The notes under the pieces were generated by a model. It saw only the letters and a program-made list of their open reading frames with translations, ran no database searches and had not been told where the DNA came from. A DNA stretch of 64,000 bases, taken from contig JBITAJ010000027.1 in assembly GCA_044440125.1 (NCBI GenBank), forward strand, positions 250,377-314,376. The letters run 5' to 3'. Below, piece after piece: positions 28,832-38,112 of this stretch. The translations under genes and the position numbers were made by a program. The stretch's first letter is position 1; each line of letters starts with the position of its first letter. The stretch is from Sedimentisphaeraceae bacterium JB056 (lineage in GTDB: Bacteria > Planctomycetota > Phycisphaerae > Sedimentisphaerales > Sedimentisphaeraceae).

Positions 28832-28904
28832 TTTGATTTGTTCCTGATTTTGATGTTCTTTTTTTGAGAAGGTCAAATATTTTCTTTACGTCTTTTTAAG
28901 CTGC

Positions 28905-29882
28905 CTATCTTTGCCCAAGTAACAAAAATTCATCACAGGCTATTTTTTGCCATTTCTCATCCAGTCCGATTGAATGGTTGTCGGTGTAGTATCCGGCAAT
29001 GAAGCCTCCCTGGCCTCTCCAGAGCTTGTCTATCATCTCTTTAGCTTTTATTCTTATCAGATTTTCGTCTTTAGTTTGCAGGGTCGTCTGTATATCTACC
29101 GGTGACCAGAAACTTACTCTGTTTTCATTCTGATATTCGGCTAACTTATCTATTGTGTGCAGATCTGGTTGGTCGAATTGGAATACATCAATTCCGGCCT
29201 TAATAAGACCGGGCATTATTTTTTCTATCTTGCCGCAGGAGTGCATGAATACTTTGAGGTTTTTATCGTGAGAAAGGCGGCAAAGTTTCTCGAATCGCGG
29301 AAAGAATTCCTCCTGCCATAATTCAGGGCTTAACAGTGTTTGTGATTGTGTGCCCCAGTCTTCGTGCAGCATCACAGCGTCAACTCCACAGGCTGAATAG
29401 TTTATAATCATCTGCTCAAGAGCTGTATCTATTTTGTCATGAAGTTCTACTATTTTATCTCTCTCAAGGATTATATTCATCAGATAGTTGTCGAGCCTGA
29501 ATAGCTTACGGGCTATTCCAAAAGCAAATCCCGGCAGCATTCCAATGATATATTTGTCGTTGTTTTTCTGACATTTTTTTTTGACATTTGAGTAGTCAGA
29601 GATGTTAGAATAATCAGGGAGTTGGTATGAAACTGCATCCTGAGCTGTCGATAAAATTGGGTTTGTTACTTCACCTTTTGATGTGCTGTCTATCCTTGAC
29701 CATGTATTGCCCCAGGCATCAAAACGCTCCCATTTATTTTCGCTAACTAATTGCCAGTCAGTGGATTTATTGGGAACTTTGTGTGAACACATTACAATAT
29801 CGGATGTGTCTGGAAATGAATTTGCTATTCTTTCAGGTTTTGAATAGCTTAGAGTTTTTTCTACTATTTCTTTTGAGTTCAT
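28905..29882 (-). CDS. Uroporphyrinogen decarboxylase-like (URO-D/MtaA-CmuA superfamily) protein
   Basis: DAWG..W; EDWGTQ...LSP..W.E.F.P; FMHSCG.I..I...LI..G.D..QFDQP; DIQ. Confidence 0.75.
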   Translation of the reverse strand: MNSKEIVEKTLSYSKPERIANSFPDTSDIVMCSHKVPNKSTDWQLVSENKWERFDAWGNTWSRIDSTSKGEVTNPILSTAQDAVSYQLPDYSNISDYSNVKKKCQKNNDKYIIGMLPGFAFGIARKLFRLDNYLMNIILERDKIVELHDKIDTALEQMIINYSACGVDAVMLHEDWGTQSQTLLSPELWQEEFFPRFEKLCRLSHDKNLKVFMHSCGKIEKIMPGLIKAGIDVFQFDQPDLHTIDKLAEYQNENRVSFWSPVDIQTTLQTKDENLIRIKAKEMIDKLWRGQGGFIAGYYTDNHSIGLDEKWQKIACDEFLLLGQR

Positions 29883-29938
29883 TGTAGGCTCGTATTTAAT
29901 CTTGTGTCTGTAAAGATTTTGTAACCAAAAAATATTTT

Positions 29939-31264
29939 TTAGAAATCGAATTTCCACTGCTTGTCCAGTGGTTTAAAATCTATGATTTCCTCATCTGGGT
30001 CGAGTGCTTCAGGAGAATCGATTGTCGCTTTTTTAGGGGCGGTTACTGGCCCCAAAAGCAATGGGTCTTGTGTTTTTATCATCCAGTTTTTAAGTTGGTT
30101 CGATAATTTACGCAATACGTCCGCATATTCTTTTTTATCAGCAAGATTGTTTGCTTCAGTTGGGTCAAGATGAATATCGTATAGCTGATGTTCGGGTATT
30201 TTTGCAGTATCTGCCCCGAATTCCAGCACTGTATCTTTTGAAGGGCTTTTATCGCAGTTAGGCAATAGAGGCTTTGTTCTTTGTGAAAACCGCCTGATAT
30301 AGTTATATCTTTGTGTTCGTATTGATCTTGTAGGCTGATAGCAGGCGTGATAGGTTATTTCACCAAAGACCGCCTCGTTTTCTTCGTATTGATTATTTTG
30401 AATCAGAGGCAAAAATGATTTACCCTGAAGCCAATCAGGTTTTTCTATTTTGAGTATATCGCATAGAGTAGGGAATATGTCTATATGTGAGACCATATTG
30501 TCTATGACGTTGCCTCCGGTGAACCCTTCTGGCCCTTTCATTATTAGGAATACACCAAGCCCATGATTATTGAGATTGCATTTCATGCCGGGGAAAGCTA
30601 TGCCGTGGTCTGTTGTGCAGATTACAATCGTATTATCCGAGAGATTATTATATTTTATACTGCTGAGGACTCTGCCTATGTATTCATCAAGTCTTCTTGC
30701 CGAACTTTTGAAGCCAGCCATATCTCTTCGTGTTTTAGGACAATCTGGTATTACCGGCGGTACTAATGTATATCTTTCGTCATCAGCGGGGTTGGGTTGC
30801 GGCCAGTTTCTGTGCGTATCCCAAAAACCTACCGACAGGAAAAATGGCTTTTGATGTTCGGATGAGATGAACTCACATGCTTTTTTAGCCGCTTCCAATT
30901 CGGAGTCTTTTGTCAGTATATTGTCATAACCGATTATCTCGTGTTTCTCGGCAATATGCTGATAACCGGAGATTGCGGTTTGGTATCCATATTTTTTGAG
31001 TGTATGGATTATGTGTTTGCTGTAGTCATTAAGTTTGAATCCTCTATGCGCTAATCCGAGCATTCCGCTATTATGCGGGCATTGACCGGTCAGCAGGGCG
31101 GCTCTGCTTGGTGAACAGGTTGGTGCGGCAGAAAACGCATTACGGAAAAAAGTGCCTTCTTCGGCAAGTTTCTGGAGATTTGGAGTCGATACATTATGTC
31201 CAAACGGTTGTATGTATCTTCCGGTATCATGTGAATGGATATAGACGATATTGTACTTTTGCAT
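29939..31264 (-). CDS. Cys-type S1 sulfatase (sulfamidase-like)
   Basis: HDTGR; TPNL..LA.EG..F.NAF..APTCSPSRAALLTG..PH..GM.GL; TTDHG..FP..K. Confidence 0.9.
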   Translation of the reverse strand: MQKYNIVYIHSHDTGRYIQPFGHNVSTPNLQKLAEEGTFFRNAFSAAPTCSPSRAALLTGQCPHNSGMLGLAHRGFKLNDYSKHIIHTLKKYGYQTAISGYQHIAEKHEIIGYDNILTKDSELEAAKKACEFISSEHQKPFFLSVGFWDTHRNWPQPNPADDERYTLVPPVIPDCPKTRRDMAGFKSSARRLDEYIGRVLSSIKYNNLSDNTIVICTTDHGIAFPGMKCNLNNHGLGVFLIMKGPEGFTGGNVIDNMVSHIDIFPTLCDILKIEKPDWLQGKSFLPLIQNNQYEENEAVFGEITYHACYQPTRSIRTQRYNYIRRFSQRTKPLLPNCDKSPSKDTVLEFGADTAKIPEHQLYDIHLDPTEANNLADKKEYADVLRKLSNQLKNWMIKTQDPLLLGPVTAPKKATIDSPEALDPDEEIIDFKPLDKQWKFDF

Positions 31265-31287
31265 CTTGTTCTCTTAGCCTGTTATAT

Positions 31288-32361
31288 TCATTGAGCAGCT
31301 ATATCATTCCATCGGTCGATATATTTGAAGCATATCAATGCAGCATTTGTACCGAGCATGTCGCTTATTGGGTATCTTTCGTGGCTTAGAAGTACAGAGC
31401 AGTGTCTGTCGAGGCATTGCTCGCCGTAGAACGCGAAACCGCCGTCTTGTTTTTTGTATTCTGTTAATAAGACTTCCGCTGTCTTATTTCCGGCTTCAAC
31501 TATATCATCAAATCTGTATTCATTATTGAGTTGGTCGCTTACTTTTGAAATTAGATCAAGTGAGTCCCAGTTCATCGTCATATCTCTTTTATGACCAAAT
31601 TCTCCATTTTCATGTTGAAGCTGAAGCGTGAAATCTATAGCGTTTTGCGGATTAGGGATGCTGCGGTCTATAAATTGGTAGCCGTGAATTATCTTAAAAA
31701 GGCCGGCCATTGCTACCGGCTTATCGTCTTGGCAGCCCCTGAGTATGGGCATTCCGGTATCTTCGTCTAATATTTCTGATTCCATTGTTTCTATCATTTT
31801 AGTTACAAATGGAATTTCGTTTACAATATCCTTGCCGGGGTATTTGTTTACAAAAGCGATTAAAAGCCTGCTCCATACTTCGCCGCTAAGCCAGGGGTCT
31901 TGCCAGTTTAGGTTTAAAACCCATTGCCTGGGGTCTATATTGTCAATGTCAGCGAGGAATTCCGGCAGGATTGTTTCTGTTTGAGGATTCTCGCCCATAT
32001 GTTCAAACGCTTCAATTACTGCGCCGTTTCGTTGACCCCATATATGTTTCCAGTCATGTTTGCCTTCTCTTAGAGATTCATTTTCGAGCGGATCTCTGAA
32101 AAGTCGTTTTTCTTCATCATAGCAGGAGTAGAAGTAGTCTTTGATGTCCTGGATATGCTCTGCCGGTAAGTTGTCGAGTTCTCCAATCATTTTGAAAATT
32201 CTTACCGCAATTGAAGATGCCTGCAAGGACCATGGTCGTAGCATTTTTGAGTGAAACTGGAATCTGCCCCAAGGTCTTTCGGGGTGTCTCACTGATTCAA
32301 GCCAGTCGATTATATCTGTTTTTACCAGTTGAGTATAATTTAATGTTTCTGTTGTAAACAT
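31288..32361 (-). CDS. Hypothetical protein, possible alpha/alpha-toroid ([27 protein letters not shown])
   Basis: Long ORF heading the leftward operon, with LQLQHENGEFG and KKQDGGFAF repeat-like motifs. Confidence 0.6.
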   Translation of the reverse strand: MFTTETLNYTQLVKTDIIDWLESVRHPERPWGRFQFHSKMLRPWSLQASSIAVRIFKMIGELDNLPAEHIQDIKDYFYSCYDEEKRLFRDPLENESLREGKHDWKHIWGQRNGAVIEAFEHMGENPQTETILPEFLADIDNIDPRQWVLNLNWQDPWLSGEVWSRLLIAFVNKYPGKDIVNEIPFVTKMIETMESEILDEDTGMPILRGCQDDKPVAMAGLFKIIHGYQFIDRSIPNPQNAIDFTLQLQHENGEFGHKRDMTMNWDSLDLISKVSDQLNNEYRFDDIVEAGNKTAEVLLTEYKKQDGGFAFYGEQCLDRHCSVLLSHERYPISDMLGTNAALICFKYIDRWNDIAAQ

Positions 32362-32431
32362 GTCATTGTCCGTGAAAAACGTAGGTTATTTAGTAGGAAA
32401 TTACTATTTCTTAATTGTTTTTAATTAGTTC

Positions 32432-32479
32432 TTGACTTACGAGTAAATGAATTATAGTATAGATAGAACGGTTTATCAA
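32432..32479 (+). promoter_or_regulatory. Promoter and LacI-type operator in divergent intergenic region
   Basis: TTGACT (32432), 17 bp, TAGTAT (32455). TAGATAGAACGGTTTATCAA (32460-32479) matches the two sites upstream of the LacI gene at 36120. Confidence 0.65.
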
Positions 32480-32527
32480 TTGTAAAATATAAAATTTAGT
32501 CATTTCTATTGAATTGAGTATTGTTTT

Positions 32528-33877
32528 ATGAATAAAAAACTACAAAAATTAATCAGTGTTTTGGTGGTGCTTCTATTCGGTGTTTCTTTGTTTTCCTCGC
32601 AAATAACACTGGATAGTCAAGGTATTTTAAGTGTTGATGGGGTAAGGACTTTCGTTTATGGAATATCCCGTAATCCATCGGGGTTTTCTGCTGATTTTGA
32701 TGAAACGACAGAGTGTGGCTTTGGGTTTACGCATGAACCTTATTTTGAAAATCAACTTTTGTCCGGGTATATTCAGGCAGAAATTGATGAATTAATATAT
32801 CAATCATCCTTTTTTATTGATAATGCGGGTAATTCAGGGTTAGGTGTTTATCAGGGCATTCCGAGTGTGTTTGTTTCTGAACTTGATTTAGCTTCAATTA
32901 CATATTATATCAATTCTTTGAAAGGTAAGCCTGGGTTGTGGTTTTGGCTTTTGACTGATTTAAGCAACAGTTCTGCTTCCCAAGCTAATATTGAAGCGGC
33001 TTATAATGCGGTAAAGGCGGCTGACGGCAATCATCCTGTGATGATAATAGGCAGTGCTGATGATTTTTACTCTAATACTGATTTAGTGGATTTTTGTGAT
33101 ATTATGGCGATTAAAAGGCATTCTGTTCCTTATAGCCAGATAGCATTGGGTAGAGATATTGGGCGAATAAAGGCTGATTTTGCGAATAAATGTGTGTTGG
33201 CTTTCTGTCAGGGTATTGATATGCTTAATCTGCTTTATAATCACTCTGGTAGTAGTGGTATTGAGCTTGAAAGGAGCAATGCCACTCTTACTCTAAATTC
33301 TTTGAAATCACAGGTTTATGCTTCAGCTTTTTCCGGTGCTGCAGGAGTGATATTTGATTTAGGCACAAAATTACAGAACGATATAATGGAGAAATCTCCT
33401 TTTATACTTGATGATTTTGAAGTGCTTGGCGAGGATATAAGTCGATTTTCTGATATTTGGCTAAATGGGCAAGAATTGCAGGGGGTTGAGATTGAGTATG
33501 TGCCTTATGGTTTGGAAAAGAGGGTCAAATCTTATTGGGGATTGAGCGAGTCAGAGACGCTTGAAGCCGGATTGCCTGATGTAGAGCATGTTTCATATTA
33601 TTCAAGAGAGCTTGATGGACAACTTTATATAATGGCAGCGGCTGATTATATGTGCTGTTCTCGCCTTCAATGCAGTATTCCATTTGTATTTAGTTCTATA
33701 ATAGAATATCCGGGAGAAAAGGTTGTCGCAAGTTTTAATAACGGGCAAGTTGTTTTAGAACAAGAAGATACAACAGTTGGTATTTGGAATGTAGAAGTTA
33801 ATCAAGCTCTGGAGAGTTCTTATTTTGATATTCTGGTTAATGAGAAGGATTGTTTTGTGTGGAAGATAAATCGTTAA
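32528..33877 (+). CDS. Secreted hypothetical GH-like TIM-barrel protein
   Basis: Signal peptide. Paralogous by eye to the N-terminal half of 33895-36006 (VDG.R.FV.G..R.P; LWFW; AY..VK..D..H). Confidence 0.65.
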   Translation: MNKKLQKLISVLVVLLFGVSLFSSQITLDSQGILSVDGVRTFVYGISRNPSGFSADFDETTECGFGFTHEPYFENQLLSGYIQAEIDELIYQSSFFIDNAGNSGLGVYQGIPSVFVSELDLASITYYINSLKGKPGLWFWLLTDLSNSSASQANIEAAYNAVKAADGNHPVMIIGSADDFYSNTDLVDFCDIMAIKRHSVPYSQIALGRDIGRIKADFANKCVLAFCQGIDMLNLLYNHSGSSGIELERSNATLTLNSLKSQVYASAFSGAAGVIFDLGTKLQNDIMEKSPFILDDFEVLGEDISRFSDIWLNGQELQGVEIEYVPYGLEKRVKSYWGLSESETLEAGLPDVEHVSYYSRELDGQLYIMAAADYMCCSRLQCSIPFVFSSIIEYPGEKVVASFNNGQVVLEQEDTTVGIWNVEVNQALESSYFDILVNEKDCFVWKINR

Positions 33878-33894
33878 TTTTAGATATAGGTTTT

Positions 33895-36006
33895 ATGATG
33901 TCACACTGTCTTCGTTATCTATTTTGTTTTTTGTTGTGTCCTGCTCTGTTTGCCGCAACTGTGAGTGTCGGTGATGATGGTTTTGCTGTTGTAAATGGGG
34001 AGAGACGTTTTGTTTTTGGAGGCTATAGGGATCCTTGCGATCAGTTAATGGAGTTTTCAAATGTTTCGCTCGCGAATTTTGTGTTGACGCATGATTACTA
34101 TTTTGAGAGCTTGCTTAACGAGAACTATACAAGCAGTGATGTTGATGATTGGATTAGCAGTGCTAAAGATTATTTGATTTTGGCTGAGGAGAAGGGTTTG
34201 GCAGTCTTTTTAGGTCTGCCTCGGTGGCCGGTAAAGCTGGAGGATAGTGCTGTGATTGCAAACATAGTTAATGAGCTTAAAGGCTGTGAGGCGTTATGGT
34301 TTTGGTATATTGATGAGCCTACATTGGTGCTTCAGTCGGTTGATGCTCTGGCGAATGCCTATGCTGTTGTTAAAAGCAATGATGATGCGCATCTGCTTGC
34401 TATTACAGATACTTATGAAAGACTTTCCGGCGAATCTTCTTATGGTAATTTCTGTGATATTATATGGGTTGACCGTTATTATCTGCCTTATAGTCCTTTT
34501 GAGATAAGTAATAATATTGCGAAAGTTCGGCAGTTGTATCCGGGCAAGCCGGTATGGGCTGTGCCGCAGGTCCATGATTTGCAGGCAGTCAACCAGCCTA
34601 AGGAACTTACTGACCCGTTTCCTGCCCGAATGACGCTTAATGATAATAATATTGACACTATAGGGAAGGCTATAAGAGCTCAGGTGCATGGTTTGCTTGC
34701 TACTGAGGGGGTAGGGGGCTTAGTTTTCTACTGGGGTCCTAAATATTGGCAGGATTTACTGAACGAGACACCTCAGGTATGGGATTCTGTTAAAAAAATA
34801 GGGCTGGAATTAAAGTCATTGGAGCAGGTTTTGTTGTCCGAAGAACCAGATGTTGATGTTAAAGTTTCTTGTAGATTTTCAGGTGCAAACCAAAGGCTAA
34901 GTGAATTATACGCGGGGCAGTTATCAGAAGATGATTACCCTGATAATGATCAGTTTAAGTATTGGTCAAGGCAGTATAATGGAAGTATATATGTTGGTAT
35001 ATCAACGACTTATGTCCCTTTGCAAGTCTTGAAGCTTGAAATGCCAAAGGGTTTTGAGTTTGCGAGGATTGTTGAGTATCCAAGCCAGCAAACTGTATTT
35101 TCCGCAGGTAATGACGACGACGGCGATTTTTATGCAGACAGGTTGAGTGTTACTTGTTTAGTTGTGGAGTCGGGCAAGTCAATAACTCTTGTGCTGAATG
35201 ACGTAGATTCTGTGGTGTTGAAGTTTGAGCCGGAGTTTAGCTCTGGTCAGTTTAGTTATACTGACAATTTTAGTTTGCCGGAGAGTCTTGATGTATGGGT
35301 TTATTACTATGGTGGGGCAGCGATAAGTGAAGATTCTCTTGTTACCGGAAGCTCTTTTTGCTCGGCTGTGCCAGATATTGTAGATAATAATTTATGGTCA
35401 GATTATAGTTTAAGTTGTGAATTAAAAACATCTTACAGTTTTTCTCGGCAAGTAGCTTCTGATGAAAGATTCTTTATTGGAGTGTCGTTTAGAATGGTTG
35501 ATGAACTTAATTATTATCTTGCGAGGATTAAGAAATGTAGCGGCAGTGTTTACCCATCGCTTGTTATCAGCAAAGTTGTTAATGGTTCTATTACTGACCT
35601 GAGATCAGCGGATATTGGTTCTTACATGGATACTAACTCCTTTTATTCGTTAAAAGTGTATTGTTTTGGCAGTAATCTTACCGCCAGACTTTATTATGAA
35701 GGAGAGCTTCTTGCCGAAATTTTTGATATTGATGCGGACTATGTTTCCGGCGCTGCCGGAATCAATTCGCTGATGCCTTCAGGACAATCGTGTAGCTATG
35801 ACAATTTTGAGGTAAGCGGCGTTTCTTATAATACTGATTATTTGTGTTATCATGCTAAGTCCTTGGGTTATAGTCAGTTGGGAGATATAAACGGTGATTG
35901 TTATGTAGGGCTTGCTGATTTTTCAATCTTAGCTGAGTATTGGCTTGCCTGCTATGATGGTCAGATGTCTGGGTGTTATGAGCATCTTCAGTACTTAGCG
36001 AGATAG
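33895..36006 (+). CDS. Secreted GH-like TIM barrel with lectin-like beta-sandwich and dockerin-like tail
   Basis: Signal peptide; WFWYIDEP; W.DY...C...FR...NYYL.R...YDNFEV; GDINGDCYVGLADF..LA..WL.C. Confidence 0.7.
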   Translation: MMSHCLRYLFCFLLCPALFAATVSVGDDGFAVVNGERRFVFGGYRDPCDQLMEFSNVSLANFVLTHDYYFESLLNENYTSSDVDDWISSAKDYLILAEEKGLAVFLGLPRWPVKLEDSAVIANIVNELKGCEALWFWYIDEPTLVLQSVDALANAYAVVKSNDDAHLLAITDTYERLSGESSYGNFCDIIWVDRYYLPYSPFEISNNIAKVRQLYPGKPVWAVPQVHDLQAVNQPKELTDPFPARMTLNDNNIDTIGKAIRAQVHGLLATEGVGGLVFYWGPKYWQDLLNETPQVWDSVKKIGLELKSLEQVLLSEEPDVDVKVSCRFSGANQRLSELYAGQLSEDDYPDNDQFKYWSRQYNGSIYVGISTTYVPLQVLKLEMPKGFEFARIVEYPSQQTVFSAGNDDDGDFYADRLSVTCLVVESGKSITLVLNDVDSVVLKFEPEFSSGQFSYTDNFSLPESLDVWVYYYGGAAISEDSLVTGSSFCSAVPDIVDNNLWSDYSLSCELKTSYSFSRQVASDERFFIGVSFRMVDELNYYLARIKKCSGSVYPSLVISKVVNGSITDLRSADIGSYMDTNSFYSLKVYCFGSNLTARLYYEGELLAEIFDIDADYVSGAAGINSLMPSGQSCSYDNFEVSGVSYNTDYLCYHAKSLGYSQLGDINGDCYVGLADFSILAEYWLACYDGQMSGCYEHLQYLAR

Positions 36007-36047
36007 CTTGATTTTGTGAATATTTTGAGAGTATCTTTCCTTTTTTC

Positions 36048-36099
36048 TTGACTTGATAGACCGGGTTATCTATAATACTTTGATAGACCGGAATATCAA
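36048..36099 (+). promoter_or_regulatory. Promoter with two LacI-type operators (autoregulation)
   Basis: TTGACT (36048-36053), 17 bp, TATAAT (36071-36076). Operators TTGATAGACCGGGTTATCTA (36053-36072) and TTGATAGACCGGAATATCAA (36080-36099). Confidence 0.8.
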
Positions 36100-36119
36100 T
36101 TATTAATCAGGAGTTTTGA

Positions 36120-37145
36120 ATGAGTCAAAAAAGAGTGACATTAAAAGATATAGCTGAGGTAACCGGCTATTCTAAAGGCAGTGTTGCAAGAGTTCTCTTA
36201 GGCAGTGGCAAGGGAAGTGTTCGTGTTGGACAGGAGGCGACAAAAAAGATCAAGGCCGTAGCTGCAAAAATGAACTATCAGCCTAATGTTGCCGCTCGCC
36301 AACTGGCCGGTAAGGGCAGTAAGCTTATAGGTGTTATTATTGACAGTGATGTTTCTTTAAGTCAGCATGAAGTGCTTTCGTGTCTTGAGAAAGAAATTTC
36401 TGCGATTGGGTATCGAATATTGGTTGGTCAAAGTCATAATGAGCCGGATAAGATGCTTCAGTATTTCAATGACTTTAAAAATCGCGGCATAGAGTGTATT
36501 GTTTCTTTTTCTCATAATTATCCCGGATACAGTGAAATATTGGGTGAAAATCTTGCCAGATTCAAGAAGACTGTCTTTTTAGGTCGCCCAATGATAAATA
36601 AGTCTGTTTACTGTGTAGAATCTGATTTTGAACATGGGGTATATCATGCGGTTAAGCACTTGATAGAAAGAGGACGGAAAAGAATTGCTTTATTTGAACT
36701 TGGCACGGGCACTAATGCTTTTGCTTCCCGTTTCTACGGTTATAAACGGGCTTTAGAAGAACTTGGCGGAGGTTTTGAGCCAGAGCTGGTTTATACATTT
36801 CCTTCACATGAAGATTTGAGTGATGAGAATATCGCCGCGGCAGTGGATACGCTTTATAAAGAGCAAGAGATAGATGCTATTGTAGCCTGGGATACGGCAG
36901 CGGCTGCCGCATTATCGCATATGTGGGATGCAGGGATAAAATGTCCTGAGGATGTCGCGGTTGTAGGTTTTGATAATTATTTCTGGACTAAATACTTGAA
37001 ACCTTCTTTGACTTCCATTGATACTAAGCCCAAAGAGCTTGCAAAGAAGATGGCGGAGCTTGTCAAGCTGATTTTGAATTCTGACAGTTATACATCTGTA
37101 GAGTGTTTAGTTGAACCGGAACTTGTAGTACGTAAATCAACGTGA
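36120..37145 (+). CDS. LacI-family transcriptional regulator
   Basis: VTLKDIAE..G.S..SVARVL; YQPN.AAR.L; PEDVAVVGFDN; PSLTSI; LVVRKST. Confidence 0.95.
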   Translation: MSQKRVTLKDIAEVTGYSKGSVARVLLGSGKGSVRVGQEATKKIKAVAAKMNYQPNVAARQLAGKGSKLIGVIIDSDVSLSQHEVLSCLEKEISAIGYRILVGQSHNEPDKMLQYFNDFKNRGIECIVSFSHNYPGYSEILGENLARFKKTVFLGRPMINKSVYCVESDFEHGVYHAVKHLIERGRKRIALFELGTGTNAFASRFYGYKRALEELGGGFEPELVYTFPSHEDLSDENIAAAVDTLYKEQEIDAIVAWDTAAAAALSHMWDAGIKCPEDVAVVGFDNYFWTKYLKPSLTSIDTKPKELAKKMAELVKLILNSDSYTSVECLVEPELVVRKST

Positions 37146-37201
37146 TTATATTATGTTGTAATTGTGTTAATTGATTAATTAATTTTAAAGGAGATTTTAT
37201 T

Positions 37202-38071
37202 ATGAAGCAAATTTTCATAAAATCACAGGTCCTACTGTTTACCTTGTTGTTTTTAACGGTATCTTATGTGAGTGCCGGAGCAGTAAGCTACAGCGAAGAT
37301 TTCACAGGTATTGATGGTACTTTACCTGCTGACTGGGTTGTTGACAGTGGGGATATTTTTATTGACAGTGGAAGTTTCCTTAGTGATACTTCTGTATCAT
37401 CAAATATCCGGGCTCATTATGATGCGGCAGGTAGTCTTGACTGGACTGACTACACATTTGAGTGTGATTTTAGGACCAGTTTTAATTTTGGTTCTAACCC
37501 TGACTCTTCTTCTTCGCTTTATCCCGGTGTTACGTTCAGACGTCAGGATGCTGATAATGCTTATCTTGTAAGAGTAAGGAAATTAGAGGGTGAGCTTTAT
37601 CCTCAACTTACTCTTGGTCTGATCGCACCTGCCGGTATATACTGGTTTGTTGAGGATGTTATGAGTGATTTTCTCAATCCTAATGAGTGGTATCACCTTG
37701 AAGTAATATGTGATGGTTCGCATGTAATAGTTAATCTATATGATGAGGATGATACTAAGGTTGCTTCTGTAGATACAGATTATCCTAACAGGGCAGATAA
37801 TGACATGTCAGGCGGAGTACTTTTTAGCGGCAGCGTAGGTGTCTATTCTGTTATGAACAGCACAAATTATATTGAATTTGACAATTTTGAAGTTACCGGT
37901 GTTGACGAACTTTCAATTGATTGCAGTGATGTATTGCTTGTATATGGTAATGCTGCTGATATTAACAGTGATTGTTATGTTGGTCTTGGTGATTTTGCGG
38001 CAATCGCTGATTCGTGGCTGAATTGTATGGATCCCGTTAATACGAGCTGTACAGAAAATCCATGGAAATAA
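37202..38071 (+). CDS. Secreted lectin-like beta-sandwich protein with dockerin-like tail
   Basis: Signal peptide; WTDYTFECD; FRRQD..N.YL; WYHLEV; G.VG; FDNFEV; ADINSDCYVGLGDF..IA.SWL.C. Confidence 0.75.
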   Translation: MKQIFIKSQVLLFTLLFLTVSYVSAGAVSYSEDFTGIDGTLPADWVVDSGDIFIDSGSFLSDTSVSSNIRAHYDAAGSLDWTDYTFECDFRTSFNFGSNPDSSSSLYPGVTFRRQDADNAYLVRVRKLEGELYPQLTLGLIAPAGIYWFVEDVMSDFLNPNEWYHLEVICDGSHVIVNLYDEDDTKVASVDTDYPNRADNDMSGGVLFSGSVGVYSVMNSTNYIEFDNFEVTGVDELSIDCSDVLLVYGNAADINSDCYVGLGDFAAIADSWLNCMDPVNTSCTENPWK

Positions 38072-38112
38072 AACAGGTTATTAAATTATTTATCATATTA
38101 GGAGATAAATTT

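Noticed and set aside
32528..36006. 32528 and 33850 ORFs as one frameshifted gene
   Set aside because: Each has its own signal peptide and they are tandem paralogues. The overlap disappears with the 33895 start.
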